DNA of 64,000 nucleotides. It comes from Phormidesmis sp. Lineage in GTDB: Bacteria; Cyanobacteriota; Cyanobacteriia; Leptolyngbyales; Leptolyngbyaceae. The position numbers and the translations under genes are program-made. The notes beneath the pieces were generated by a model. That model did no database searches. It was not told where the DNA came from and worked only from the letters and a program-made list of their open reading frames with translations. Positions 20,430-29,765 of this stretch are shown here, in pieces (position 1 is the first letter of the stretch; every line of letters starts with the position of its first letter). Location of the stretch: assembly GCA_965248535.1 (NCBI GenBank), contig CBDFJR010000005.1, positions 2,016,001 to 2,080,000 on the forward strand, given 5' to 3'.

Positions 20430-22046
20430 TCACACTTTAAATTGAGAAATTTCTCGCTGCAAGCCCTGAGCCGCGTCATCTAACTGAGTCAGCGCATTGT
20501 TGGTTTCTTGCAAAGACTGCACGGTTTGATAAGACGCGTCGCTGAGTTGCCCGATCGCCAAGCTAATCTGCTCTGCCCCGCGATATTGTTCATCCATGCG
20601 CTGGCTGACGGCCGAAAATTGCGGCGTTAACCCCTGCACATTTTGAATAAATCCAGCAATTTGTTGACTAATGTCCCCTACTTCGGTCACATATTGCCCC
20701 ACTTCTTTGCTAAATTTATCGACCTCCATCACGCCCGTAGACACCGATGATTGCATCTCTTTGACCATCTGTTCAATTTCGAGAGTGGCCACGGCTGACT
20801 GATCGGCAAGACGACGAATTTCTCTAGCCACGACTGCAAACCCGGCCCCATATTCTCCGGCTTTTTCGGCCTCGATCGCGGCATTCAGCGATAATAAATT
20901 AGCCTGATCGGCCACTTTAGTAATCGTAGTCACGACCGTGTTGATATTATTCGCTTTCTCATCCACCACCGTTAACTTTGATGAGATTAAATTTGTCGCC
21001 AGCACTAAATTTTGCATGGCTGACTGCATTTTATTGAGATTGGTTTGGCTGTTGGCGGCCGATTCTGTCGTGGTGTGGGCCGTTGCCGCTACGCCATCCA
21101 TTGATTTTGCTAACTCGCCTGCCGTTGACGCAATTTGTCGAGATGTTGCATTCACCTCGTGCATGGAGGCCACTTGTTCATTGACGGTCGCTTCAAGCTG
21201 TCTGCCCGCCGCCGCGATCTGAGTCGTAGACGTGCTGATCTGAATGCCAGATTTTTGGGCCTGAGTGATCAAAGCACTCAAATTTTTGGTCATGTTGTGA
21301 AACGACCTCATTAGTTGCCCCAATTCAGTATTGGTTTGAGTGTCTGTGATCGACTGCGTTAAATCGCCATCGGCAACCTGTTGCGCCACTTTTGAAACCT
21401 GACTCAGCGGCTGTGTGATCTGGCGATTGAGAATCACACCAATTAATGCTAAGAGAAAAATTCCGATCGGCATTCCATATAAAACGCTGTCTAGCGTGCG
21501 CCGGGCCGAACTCTCTGCAACCTGCGATCGCTTCTGCAACAAATCGCTCTCTCCGTCCTTCATGCGAGACACGGTATCACGGATCTGATCCATCAGTCGC
21601 TTGCCCTCACCGCTTTGCACCACTTTTAGCGCTGCATCCGATCGATTGGCTTGTTTAAGTCGAATGGTGCTGTCAAGCTCCGTCAGTTTTTGGTTAGCCA
21701 GAGAATCTAGGGTCTGAACATAGCCCTGCTGAGTGGGGTTATCTTGGACTAATTGCTTGAATTGCTCAAGTTTTTGTTGAATCGCCGATCGGGCTTTGTT
21801 GTAGGGGGTGAGATAGCGGGAATCGTTGGTCAACAAATAGCCGCGCTGCCCCGTTTCGGCATCTTTGACCAGCGAAAGAATCTCTTCGGCTTGACTCAAC
21901 ACTTCATAGGTGTGCTTTTCGTCACGAGACGTTGAGATAAATTGCTCGGTGCCGCGATAAGAGATAATGCCGATCGTGGTAAAGATTGCCAACCCCAACG
22001 CAAAACCCGCAGTAATTTTAGTCCTAATTTTCCAGCGATTTAACAT
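20430..22046 (-). CDS. WspA-type methyl-accepting chemoreceptor with CHASE3 sensor
   Basis: Two TMs, AETGQRGYLLT (CHASE3), HAMP, LLSLNAAIEAEKAGEYGAGFAVVAREIRRLA. Confidence 0.95.
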   Translation of the reverse strand: MLNRWKIRTKITAGFALGLAIFTTIGIISYRGTEQFISTSRDEKHTYEVLSQAEEILSLVKDAETGQRGYLLTNDSRYLTPYNKARSAIQQKLEQFKQLVQDNPTQQGYVQTLDSLANQKLTELDSTIRLKQANRSDAALKVVQSGEGKRLMDQIRDTVSRMKDGESDLLQKRSQVAESSARRTLDSVLYGMPIGIFLLALIGVILNRQITQPLSQVSKVAQQVADGDLTQSITDTQTNTELGQLMRSFHNMTKNLSALITQAQKSGIQISTSTTQIAAAGRQLEATVNEQVASMHEVNATSRQIASTAGELAKSMDGVAATAHTTTESAANSQTNLNKMQSAMQNLVLATNLISSKLTVVDEKANNINTVVTTITKVADQANLLSLNAAIEAEKAGEYGAGFAVVAREIRRLADQSAVATLEIEQMVKEMQSSVSTGVMEVDKFSKEVGQYVTEVGDISQQIAGFIQNVQGLTPQFSAVSQRMDEQYRGAEQISLAIGQLSDASYQTVQSLQETNNALTQLDDAAQGLQREISQFKV

Positions 22047-22116
22047 ATGCCCAGCTTACCAAGACTCACTTCTAGAGTAGCGTAGCAACGCCCGCGATCC
22101 TTCAGGCTGATCAAGG

Positions 22117-23283
22117 TCAAGCGTCTAACAACCGTTGAATGCGCTGTTTTAAAATCGCTGACCCTGCCCGATCGCCCTTCTGCTCTTTTAACAATGCCAG
22201 ATGAGTCATCGCTTTATAGGCGTTGGGGTTGAGATAGATGGCCTTTTGAAACGCCTGTTCTGCTGGCTCTGGCTGATCTAGCGCTTGATAAATCTCACCC
22301 AACAGCAGATAAGCCCGATCGTCGGTTGAATGAGTCGTTAGATAAGAGTTGCACAGGGCGATCGCGTCTCTAAGCTGCCCCCGATCGGCAAGGTGTTGAA
22401 TCGTTTCAAGCTTCAGCATGGGTTGAGAAGGAATGGATTTAACAACGGGAGCGGGAATCGCAGTGGGCACGATCGTAGGCAATCGGCGCTCTGCATGACG
22501 AGGCTCTTTGCGATAGCTAAACGCAAACGGATGGCGAATCGGGATGAAGTGGGGAGCGGTAACTTGGGCGGTTTCGGCTGCGCCCACAAACAGCAAACCT
22601 GAAGGCGCTAACGCTTGATCTAGCTGCTCAATCACCCGATGGCGAGAAGCCCGATCGAGATAGATCAAAAGATTGCGGCAGAAAATAGCCTGATAGTTTC
22701 CCTGAGCCAAACGCACAGAATTGAGCAAATTTCCCTGCATGAAGTTGACCGTATTGCGAACAAACGGACGAATTTCGTGGCCAGTTTCAACAGGTTCAAA
22801 ATAGCGCGATTGAGCCGTCACGTTGCCCCGAAAGGACTGTTTGCCATAAATTCCGCCTTTGGCTTTGAGCAAGGCGCGCTGACTAATATCAACAGCATCG
22901 ACTTTAAACTGAGCCGGGGTCAATCCAGCGTTGAACAGCGTCATGGCGATCGAATAGGGTTCTTCGCCCGTTGAGCAAGGCGCACTCAAAACCCGAAACA
23001 CGCCAGCCGGGTGAGCCGATCGCCACTCGGTGACAAACTGATGCAAATAAACAAAGGGTTCACGATCGCGAAAAAACCAGGTTTCGGGCACCACCACCGT
23101 TTCGATCAGGGTATCCATTTCTTTAGGTGATGACTGCAAGTGCGCGAGATAAGCGGCCCGATCGGGCAATCCACATCCCAATCTGCGGCGATCAACAGCG
23201 TGAGCGATCGTGTTAGACCCAATGCTGCTGGCATCTAAGCCAATTTTTTGTCTCAGCAGCCCCTCAATTGTGTCTTGCACCAT
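22117..23283 (-). CDS. WspC-type CheR methyltransferase with TPR
   Basis: VVPETWFFRD, PCSTGEEPYS and IFCRNLLIY motifs; C-terminal TPR. Confidence 0.95.
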   Translation of the reverse strand: MVQDTIEGLLRQKIGLDASSIGSNTIAHAVDRRRLGCGLPDRAAYLAHLQSSPKEMDTLIETVVVPETWFFRDREPFVYLHQFVTEWRSAHPAGVFRVLSAPCSTGEEPYSIAMTLFNAGLTPAQFKVDAVDISQRALLKAKGGIYGKQSFRGNVTAQSRYFEPVETGHEIRPFVRNTVNFMQGNLLNSVRLAQGNYQAIFCRNLLIYLDRASRHRVIEQLDQALAPSGLLFVGAAETAQVTAPHFIPIRHPFAFSYRKEPRHAERRLPTIVPTAIPAPVVKSIPSQPMLKLETIQHLADRGQLRDAIALCNSYLTTHSTDDRAYLLLGEIYQALDQPEPAEQAFQKAIYLNPNAYKAMTHLALLKEQKGDRAGSAILKQRIQRLLDA

Positions 23284-23286
23284 GCC

Positions 23287-23739
23287 CTAAGCGCCCCCAA
23301 TAAACAGCCGTGTAGATTGGGCCTCCGCCACTAGAGGCTGCCAATAAATCTGTTGAATCATGCCTTTTTCATCCATGAATAGATTGCCTAAATAGGGCAC
23401 GTCGTTAGTCGAAGTCACGTCTGTTGAGTCTAAGTCAGGTCTGCTCAGGGTTTCAGTCACCCGCTCTGCCATCAGCCCCAGAGGATAGTTTTTGCCATCC
23501 GGCGTAGTGTGATGAACCATCATCACACGAGTGCTCAATCGTGGACGACAATCGGTGCCGTTCAATAATCGACATAGATCAATCATCGGAACTAAACGAC
23601 CGCGATAATTAAAAATACCCGCTACATAAATGGGAACATGATCAACTTTTCGGGGTGTCACCATCGGGATCACCTCCACTACGTGAGTGCTATCGAGAGC
23701 ATAGAGATTATCGCCAGCGTAAAATAGCAACATCAGCAT
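23287..23739 (-). CDS. WspB-type CheW adaptor
   Basis: AGIFNYRGRLVPMIDL, RLSTR and LGLMAERVTET motifs. Confidence 0.93.
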   Translation of the reverse strand: MLMLLFYAGDNLYALDSTHVVEVIPMVTPRKVDHVPIYVAGIFNYRGRLVPMIDLCRLLNGTDCRPRLSTRVMMVHHTTPDGKNYPLGLMAERVTETLSRPDLDSTDVTSTNDVPYLGNLFMDEKGMIQQIYWQPLVAEAQSTRLFIGGA

Positions 23740-23856
23740 GGAATTAACCGATCAAGGGTCTGATATCGCGTCATGGATGCCTCAAGATAGTGACCTACGA
23801 TCGCTCACTTAACATCCGTCTAGGGTCAGAAAGATCAGTGGCTGGCACAGTCTGAT

Positions 23857-23878
23857 GGGCACGGCAATGCCATGCCCT
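23857..23878. repeat. REP-like palindrome, copy 2
   Basis: Identical to 7964-7985. Confidence 0.75.
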
Positions 23879-23950
23879 TACGCTGCTCTGAGCAGGGCTA
23901 TGCCCTAGGTTAGATTCTGGTTTTATTTAATCCACGATTCTTAGAATCTG

Positions 23951-25414
23951 CTAAATGCCAAAGATAGACTGAATGCGTTTACGAATGTGATCAAAAGAGG
24001 TTTCTTCTTTGGTGGTTGTGCCGATCGTAATGCCTAAACTTTTTAAGACTTCTTGGCGACGAGATAGTTCTTCAGCAATCTTGTCAGCTAAACCTTGATG
24101 ATTGGTTAACAGCGTTTGCAAATTGCTGTGATCGACCACAAATAAAATGGTTTCTTCTAAAGTTCGCAAGGTGGCAGTGCGCGGCATCCCCATCAGCAGC
24201 GACATTTCCCCGATAAACTCACCCGCTCGACGCACGGCAACTTGTTTGTCAATCGACTCTACAAAAACCTCCACTGAGCCAGACAAAATGATATAAAACG
24301 CATCGCCGGGGTCGCCTTCTCGACAGATCGTTTCGGCGATCGTCAGTTTTTTGCGATAGCCTTGCTCAATCACCTGCCGTAGCTCAATTTCACCACACTG
24401 CTGAAAATAGCTGACCTTTCGCAGCAGATCGCGCAGCATCCAGCCCCCGATCGGCTTTTCGGTCTCTTCCAAGTCACCTGCTTTGGCAGCAACCCCGCTT
24501 GTCTGAGCAGTTTGCAGCCAATGAGCCAGTGCGGGCAGATTCTCGATCGTCAGACTAGCAGATGTGGTTTGATCGATGGCCCGATCGCGAAACTCTGCCT
24601 CGATCAAAAACCGCAGGGCACTTTTAATGGAATCCATCTCGATCGGGTCACGAATCCACACCATCAGGTCAAAGGTGAGCGCGTCTGCTGCAATGCCTTT
24701 GAAATAAACCTCTGGTGAAGGAGACGGCAAAACCCGTGGCTCTTGACGGGCCGCCGTTAGCAGCGCTTCTAGCACAGTGAGCGAGTCGCTCTCTTCGTCC
24801 ACCCGCACCGGAATCTCAATCCGACATTTAGGGTCGCGATAGCTCCAGTTCACCACATTATTGTCGAGAAAACGGCTGTTGGGCACAATCACAAACACCC
24901 CATTCACCGTGCGAATCGTGGTGGATCGGATAGCAATTTCTTCGACTGTGCCCGCGAGTTGATCGACTTCAATATAGTCACCCACTTTGATCGGTTGCCC
25001 AAACAGCAGCGTCAGACCACTGATAAAATTACTCGACAAATTTTGTAGCCCGATGCCCACCCCAAGCCCGATCGCCCCCGCAAACACGGCCAAAGAACTA
25101 AGATTGATGCCAGCCGCCTCTAATACGATCAGAAACCCAATCACCGTAATGATGTAGCTGGTAATCGTTGAGAGAGACTCTCGTGTACCGAGTTCTAATT
25201 TGAATCGTGGTAAAACTCGCTCTTTTAGAATTTGTTTGATCGTGTTTGCTAAAACTAAAACAAGCGTTGATTGAATAACGAGTTCAGCAATCGATCCCAG
25301 AGAAAACTTTTCTCCTGCAAACGTGAATAGACTATTACTAAAAGCATTGATAAAGTCCTGAAAAAACTGCTTAGTTTGAATATTTACCCAGTCTAAAGCT
25401 GATTGCAGTTCCAT
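23951..25414 (-). CDS. MscS-family channel with C-terminal cyclic-nucleotide-binding domain
   Basis: GLGVGIGLQN..NFISG, GDYIEV and VPNS (MscS); EGDPGDAFYIILSG..GEMSLL..PRTAT (cNMP). Confidence 0.93.
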   Translation of the reverse strand: MELQSALDWVNIQTKQFFQDFINAFSNSLFTFAGEKFSLGSIAELVIQSTLVLVLANTIKQILKERVLPRFKLELGTRESLSTITSYIITVIGFLIVLEAAGINLSSLAVFAGAIGLGVGIGLQNLSSNFISGLTLLFGQPIKVGDYIEVDQLAGTVEEIAIRSTTIRTVNGVFVIVPNSRFLDNNVVNWSYRDPKCRIEIPVRVDEESDSLTVLEALLTAARQEPRVLPSPSPEVYFKGIAADALTFDLMVWIRDPIEMDSIKSALRFLIEAEFRDRAIDQTTSASLTIENLPALAHWLQTAQTSGVAAKAGDLEETEKPIGGWMLRDLLRKVSYFQQCGEIELRQVIEQGYRKKLTIAETICREGDPGDAFYIILSGSVEVFVESIDKQVAVRRAGEFIGEMSLLMGMPRTATLRTLEETILFVVDHSNLQTLLTNHQGLADKIAEELSRRQEVLKSLGITIGTTTKEETSFDHIRKRIQSIFGI

Positions 25415-25779
25415 TATTTAGTGCTCCCAGCGATCGCTTTTATGGGCTATAAGCTACTCATTATAGATCTTGACGTTCAATCTTCTTCAGACTTATGCAG
25501 CACGTAAGTTAAATTACTGAGTGCTTGTTAATATTGCTACGATTAATCGACTCTTAAGTACTGCTATTGAGAAGCTCATTTAAAGTTTTGATGAATCTCA
25601 GAAAGATTCTTCAGTATTTATACAGAGCCATGGGAGAATTCTGTCAACGAAAAACAAATGGTTACTTTAGGTGCAGTCGCTTTTCTATCAATTCGTGCGT
25701 TGCCGATGCCAAATCGAGAAATACGGGTTTGCTTCTAAGCCGCAATTCAACTGACACTCTAAACTAATAAGGCTTAACT

Positions 25780-28700
25780 ATGAAAGCTCTCTTTCAAGCT
25801 CTAGCTGAAGACTCAGAGCAAATTTTGCTACCTAATTTTCAGGCTGATGGGGATGTGCGATTCCAAACTGTTAGGACTGTTAAACCTCAGATGCTAGTCA
25901 TCATTGATGCAGGGGTTGCAGACTACAAAAGTCTAGCAATGGGTGTTGTTGATGGAGCGATCGCCCTAGTCCTTGATCCCAATCGAGATGGGGTTGAACA
26001 GATTACCGAGGCATTACACTGCTATAGCCCAATTACCCGTTTGCATCTGATCTCCCATGGCTCTCCTAGCTGTATTTATTTGGGCAATAGTCAACTTAGC
26101 CTGCTCACGATCGCTGACTACGCTCCTTTGCTGCAACGCTGGTCTTCCTATCTCAAGAGCCAAATTTTGATCTACGGCTGCGATGTGGCGGCTGGCGATG
26201 CAGGCCGTGAGTTCATTGAGCAGTTGCAGCAGTTGACGGGGGTCGCGATCGCCGCTTCAACCACGCGGATTGGCAGCGCCACCCAGGGCGGTAGCTGGCG
26301 ATTCGACATAACAACCGATCGAGGCGACGTTTCTCCCTGTTTTCAGGATGAAGTCATGAGGGCCTACCCAGCCGCGTTTGCAGCAGGCGATTTAGATACC
26401 AGCTTTGGTAACAATGGCATTGTTGCTGGGCTTGCGGGCGCTGGCGCTGGGCTTGGGCTACAGCCAGACGGCAAACTGTTAGTCACCTCCACAATTCCGG
26501 GTAGCAGCAGTTCCTTCACTCTCAGCCGCTACAACAGCAACGGTAGCCTAGATACTAGCTTTGGCAGCAGTGGCAGAGTGACAGGGTTTAACAATTCTGG
26601 TGAGGATATTCTCATCCAGCCTGACGGCAAAATCATTGTGGCGGGAGACACCCCAGCAACGATTCCATCCTATCCTTCTGGTGCTACATCTTTTTCGGTC
26701 ACTCGCTACAACATTGACGGTAGCCTGGATACTGGTTTTGGCACTAACGGCACCACAGTTAACCATGTGGGCACGGTTCACAACGACCAACTCAGCGCGG
26801 TGCTTCAGCCAGACGGCAAGATTTTACTAGGAGGATATTCGTTCTATACGGGTAGTGATAGCCAGGGTCTTTTAGTTCGCTATAACAGCAACGGCAGTCT
26901 AGATAGCAGCTTTGGTAATAGTGCTCTGCCGGGCGTATCCACAGCATTAATCACCAACGAGCAGAGTTATGGCTTTAGCGTTGCGCTTCAATCTGATGGT
27001 CAGATCATCCTGGCAGGAGCCTCGACGGTCAATCCGCAAATCTCACCGTCGCTGGCGCTCTGGAAATTTAGCCCAACTGGAAGTTTGATTGGCAGCACTA
27101 AAACAGCCTTCACTTCGTTGACCAACTACCAGGTCTTTGCCCCTTCTAACATCCCTCAAGTGGCTGTACAAGCTGATGGCAAGATTGTGGTTGCAGAAGA
27201 TATGTTGTACAACCAACCCTATCAATCTCCCATTCGATACTCCTTTGCCCGATTTAACAGCGACCTTACCCTCGATACTAGCTTCGGGACTGGTGGGGGT
27301 GCAGGCGGTTATTTCCAGGGGAGTAGTTTCCCCTCCTCTGACATAGCACTGAACTACAACAGCCTTGCGCTTCAGCCGGATGGCAAGATCGTTACTGCTG
27401 GCAGACGAGATCAGAATGGAGTCGGCAGTTTCATTGTGGAGCGTCATGGCAGCAACGGTGCTCTAGACAGCAGTTTTGGGGCAGGCGGGGGAGTTTTGAC
27501 CAATTTTGGCAACGGCAACGCCAGTGCTTCAAATTTGGTCATTCAGCCTGATGGTAAGGTGGTTGCTACAGGAACCGCAAACGGCAGTTTTACCCTAGTG
27601 CGCTACGTTGGAGTCAGCAGTGGGGTTAACCAGGCTCCTACCGACATCAGCCTAAGCAATACTAATCTCTTCCCATTCCAAATCCCACAGCCAGGAGCTT
27701 TTCTGATTGGCAACTTCTCAACGGTTGACCCTGATGTTAGCGATCGCCACTCCTACAGACTGGTATCAGGTGTTGGGGATACCGATAATGGCTTGTTCTT
27801 AATTCAAGGAGGGAATGGATTTTACCTGGCACCCAATACAAGCACCACGCAAAAGCAAACTTACAGCATTCGGGTTCGCAGCGATGATGGTCGAGACGGC
27901 ACCTTTGAGAAGTCGATTATTCTCAGCACTGGGAATCTAGCACCCGTGGCTAGCACCCCGATCGGTGACAAAGCTGTGACGATCGGCTCTCTCTTCAGTC
28001 TTTCCGTCGCCACGACGTTTACTGATCCCAATCCTGGAGATACCTTCACCCTCAACGCCTCCCTCAGCAATGGCAACCCGCTACCTAGTTGGCTCAGTTT
28101 CAACCCTGCTACGGGTCTTTTTAGTGGCACGCCCAGCAGCAGTGATGCGGGTACTCAGTTAATTCTGTTAAGGGCAACTGATCGGGCAGGAGCTTTCAGC
28201 ACCACCAACTTCAACCTGACCGTTAATGGTACAGTTAGCAATCAAGCCCCGACCAACCTGAGTTTGAGCAGCACCAGCATTGCTGAAAATCTGCCAGCTA
28301 ACTCGGTGGTAGGCACATTTACCACGACTGACCCCAATCCCGGCGATACGTTCACTTACTCCTTGGTTGCAGGCATAGGCAGCACCCATAACGCAGCCTT
28401 CAAGATTGTTGGCAATACGCTACGCACAACCCAAGCCTTTGATTTTGAGGCACAATCTACCTACAGTGTTCGAGTTCGCACAGATGATGGCAAGGGCGGA
28501 GTTTTAGAGCGAGTGCTTGCAGTGAATGTTCAGGATGGTAATGATGCCCCGATCGTGGCGACTCCTTTAACCAATCGAACAGCAACTGTTAGCAAAGCAT
28601 TCCGCTATGTAGTGCCCACCAATACCTTCTTTGATCAGGATGTTGCCGCGAATAGTGACCTAGATTGGCTCACTTTAAGTGCAACGTTGAGTGATAGTAG

Positions 28701-28854
28701 ACCGTTACCGAGTTGGCTCCGTTTTAATGCCAACACTGGCACCTTTAGCGGCACTCCTAAGAGTGGTAATGTGGGCAATCTTAACATTGTGGTGAAAGCT
28801 ACTGATGTGCTTGGGGCTTCAGTAAGCTCTAGTTTCATCCTCTCGGTTCAATAG
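25780..28854 (+). CDS. Large surface adhesin-like protein: DUF4347, delta-60 repeats, cadherin/putative Ig domains
   Basis: HLISHGSP..LG and IYGCDVAAG (DUF4347); repeated QPDGKI..LDTSFG; NQAPTDISLS and LPSWL.FN..TG.FSGTP. Confidence 0.88.
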   Translation: MKALFQALAEDSEQILLPNFQADGDVRFQTVRTVKPQMLVIIDAGVADYKSLAMGVVDGAIALVLDPNRDGVEQITEALHCYSPITRLHLISHGSPSCIYLGNSQLSLLTIADYAPLLQRWSSYLKSQILIYGCDVAAGDAGREFIEQLQQLTGVAIAASTTRIGSATQGGSWRFDITTDRGDVSPCFQDEVMRAYPAAFAAGDLDTSFGNNGIVAGLAGAGAGLGLQPDGKLLVTSTIPGSSSSFTLSRYNSNGSLDTSFGSSGRVTGFNNSGEDILIQPDGKIIVAGDTPATIPSYPSGATSFSVTRYNIDGSLDTGFGTNGTTVNHVGTVHNDQLSAVLQPDGKILLGGYSFYTGSDSQGLLVRYNSNGSLDSSFGNSALPGVSTALITNEQSYGFSVALQSDGQIILAGASTVNPQISPSLALWKFSPTGSLIGSTKTAFTSLTNYQVFAPSNIPQVAVQADGKIVVAEDMLYNQPYQSPIRYSFARFNSDLTLDTSFGTGGGAGGYFQGSSFPSSDIALNYNSLALQPDGKIVTAGRRDQNGVGSFIVERHGSNGALDSSFGAGGGVLTNFGNGNASASNLVIQPDGKVVATGTANGSFTLVRYVGVSSGVNQAPTDISLSNTNLFPFQIPQPGAFLIGNFSTVDPDVSDRHSYRLVSGVGDTDNGLFLIQGGNGFYLAPNTSTTQKQTYSIRVRSDDGRDGTFEKSIILSTGNLAPVASTPIGDKAVTIGSLFSLSVATTFTDPNPGDTFTLNASLSNGNPLPSWLSFNPATGLFSGTPSSSDAGTQLILLRATDRAGAFSTTNFNLTVNGTVSNQAPTNLSLSSTSIAENLPANSVVGTFTTTDPNPGDTFTYSLVAGIGSTHNAAFKIVGNTLRTTQAFDFEAQSTYSVRVRTDDGKGGVLERVLAVNVQDGNDAPIVATPLTNRTATVSKAFRYVVPTNTFFDQDVAANSDLDWLTLSATLSDSRPLPSWLRFNANTGTFSGTPKSGNVGNLNIVVKATDVLGASVSSSFILSVQ

Positions 28855-29020
28855 ACCTCCTGCATGAATAAAATTCTCGTTGTCATGGCTACCGGGGTGC
28901 GCCTCCTTGTATCTTAAGAGAGTGGCAGACCGTCCTCCCTCAGATTCACGTTATCAGGCAAGGCTTGGGAGGTTTCGGCTGAGGCAGCCATGACCGAGAA
29001 AGTTTCCCTACCTGCTTGAC
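28855..29020 (-). ncRNA. ssrS: Probable 6S RNA (SsrS/SsaA)
   Basis: Rod-like fold with arms TTCTCGGTCATGGCTGCC and GGTAGCCATGACAACGAGAA; internal GAGGACGG and GGCGCACC; TATCTT -10 box at 29025-29030 (minus); boundaries approximate. Confidence 0.62.
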
Positions 29021-29058
29021 GTTTAAGATAATCGCTAAATCCCCCATTCTGGGCGACT

Positions 29059-29685
29059 TTGAATGGGTCTAGCTTCCTTAGAATGAACGTTATGGGGCGT
29101 GTTGATGCTTTGATTATGCAACAAAAAATTATCACTAAAATGAACGCTAAACCGACTAAACAAGATATTCAAGCTGCGATCGGCAAGATGATGTCTGACA
29201 TTATTGCCCCTGATTTAGATATCTTGTTTTGCGGCATCAATCCCAGTCTCTATAGCGTGGTCGTTGGGCACCATTTTGCCCGCCCCGGCAATCGGTTTTG
29301 GAAGGCAATTCACTTGGCAGGATTCACTGATCGACTGCTCAGACCCGATGAAGACCGATCGCTGTTGCACTATGGCTATGGTGTGACCAATATTGCCGAT
29401 CGCGCCACCGCACGAGCCGATCAACTCACCCCCGAAGAACTGATCACCGGACATCAGCAACTCGCCGCCAAAGTAGAGCAATATCGTCCAAAAGTCCTAG
29501 CAGTGTTGGGAATCAGTGCTTATCAGACTGCATTTGCTCAACCTAAAGCCACGATCGGGCAGCAGTCTGACTCGATTCACGACGCAATTATCTGGGTGTT
29601 GCCCAACCCCAGTGGCTTAAATGCTCATTATCAATTGGATGATTTAGTGCGATCGTACCAGGAGCTTTTGATCGCTGTGAGATAG
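29059..29685 (+). CDS. mug: G/U mismatch-specific DNA glycosylase
   Basis: GINPS, HFARPGNRFW and PNPSGLN motifs; real start likely 29140. Confidence 0.95.
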   Translation: MNGSSFLRMNVMGRVDALIMQQKIITKMNAKPTKQDIQAAIGKMMSDIIAPDLDILFCGINPSLYSVVVGHHFARPGNRFWKAIHLAGFTDRLLRPDEDRSLLHYGYGVTNIADRATARADQLTPEELITGHQQLAAKVEQYRPKVLAVLGISAYQTAFAQPKATIGQQSDSIHDAIIWVLPNPSGLNAHYQLDDLVRSYQELLIAVR

Positions 29686-29765
29686 GTCTTGGGCTATAGT
29701 GTCAGATATTTATGGGATCTAGGGTGGACGATCAAGAATTTAATTAAGGGATTTGGGGATTAGCG

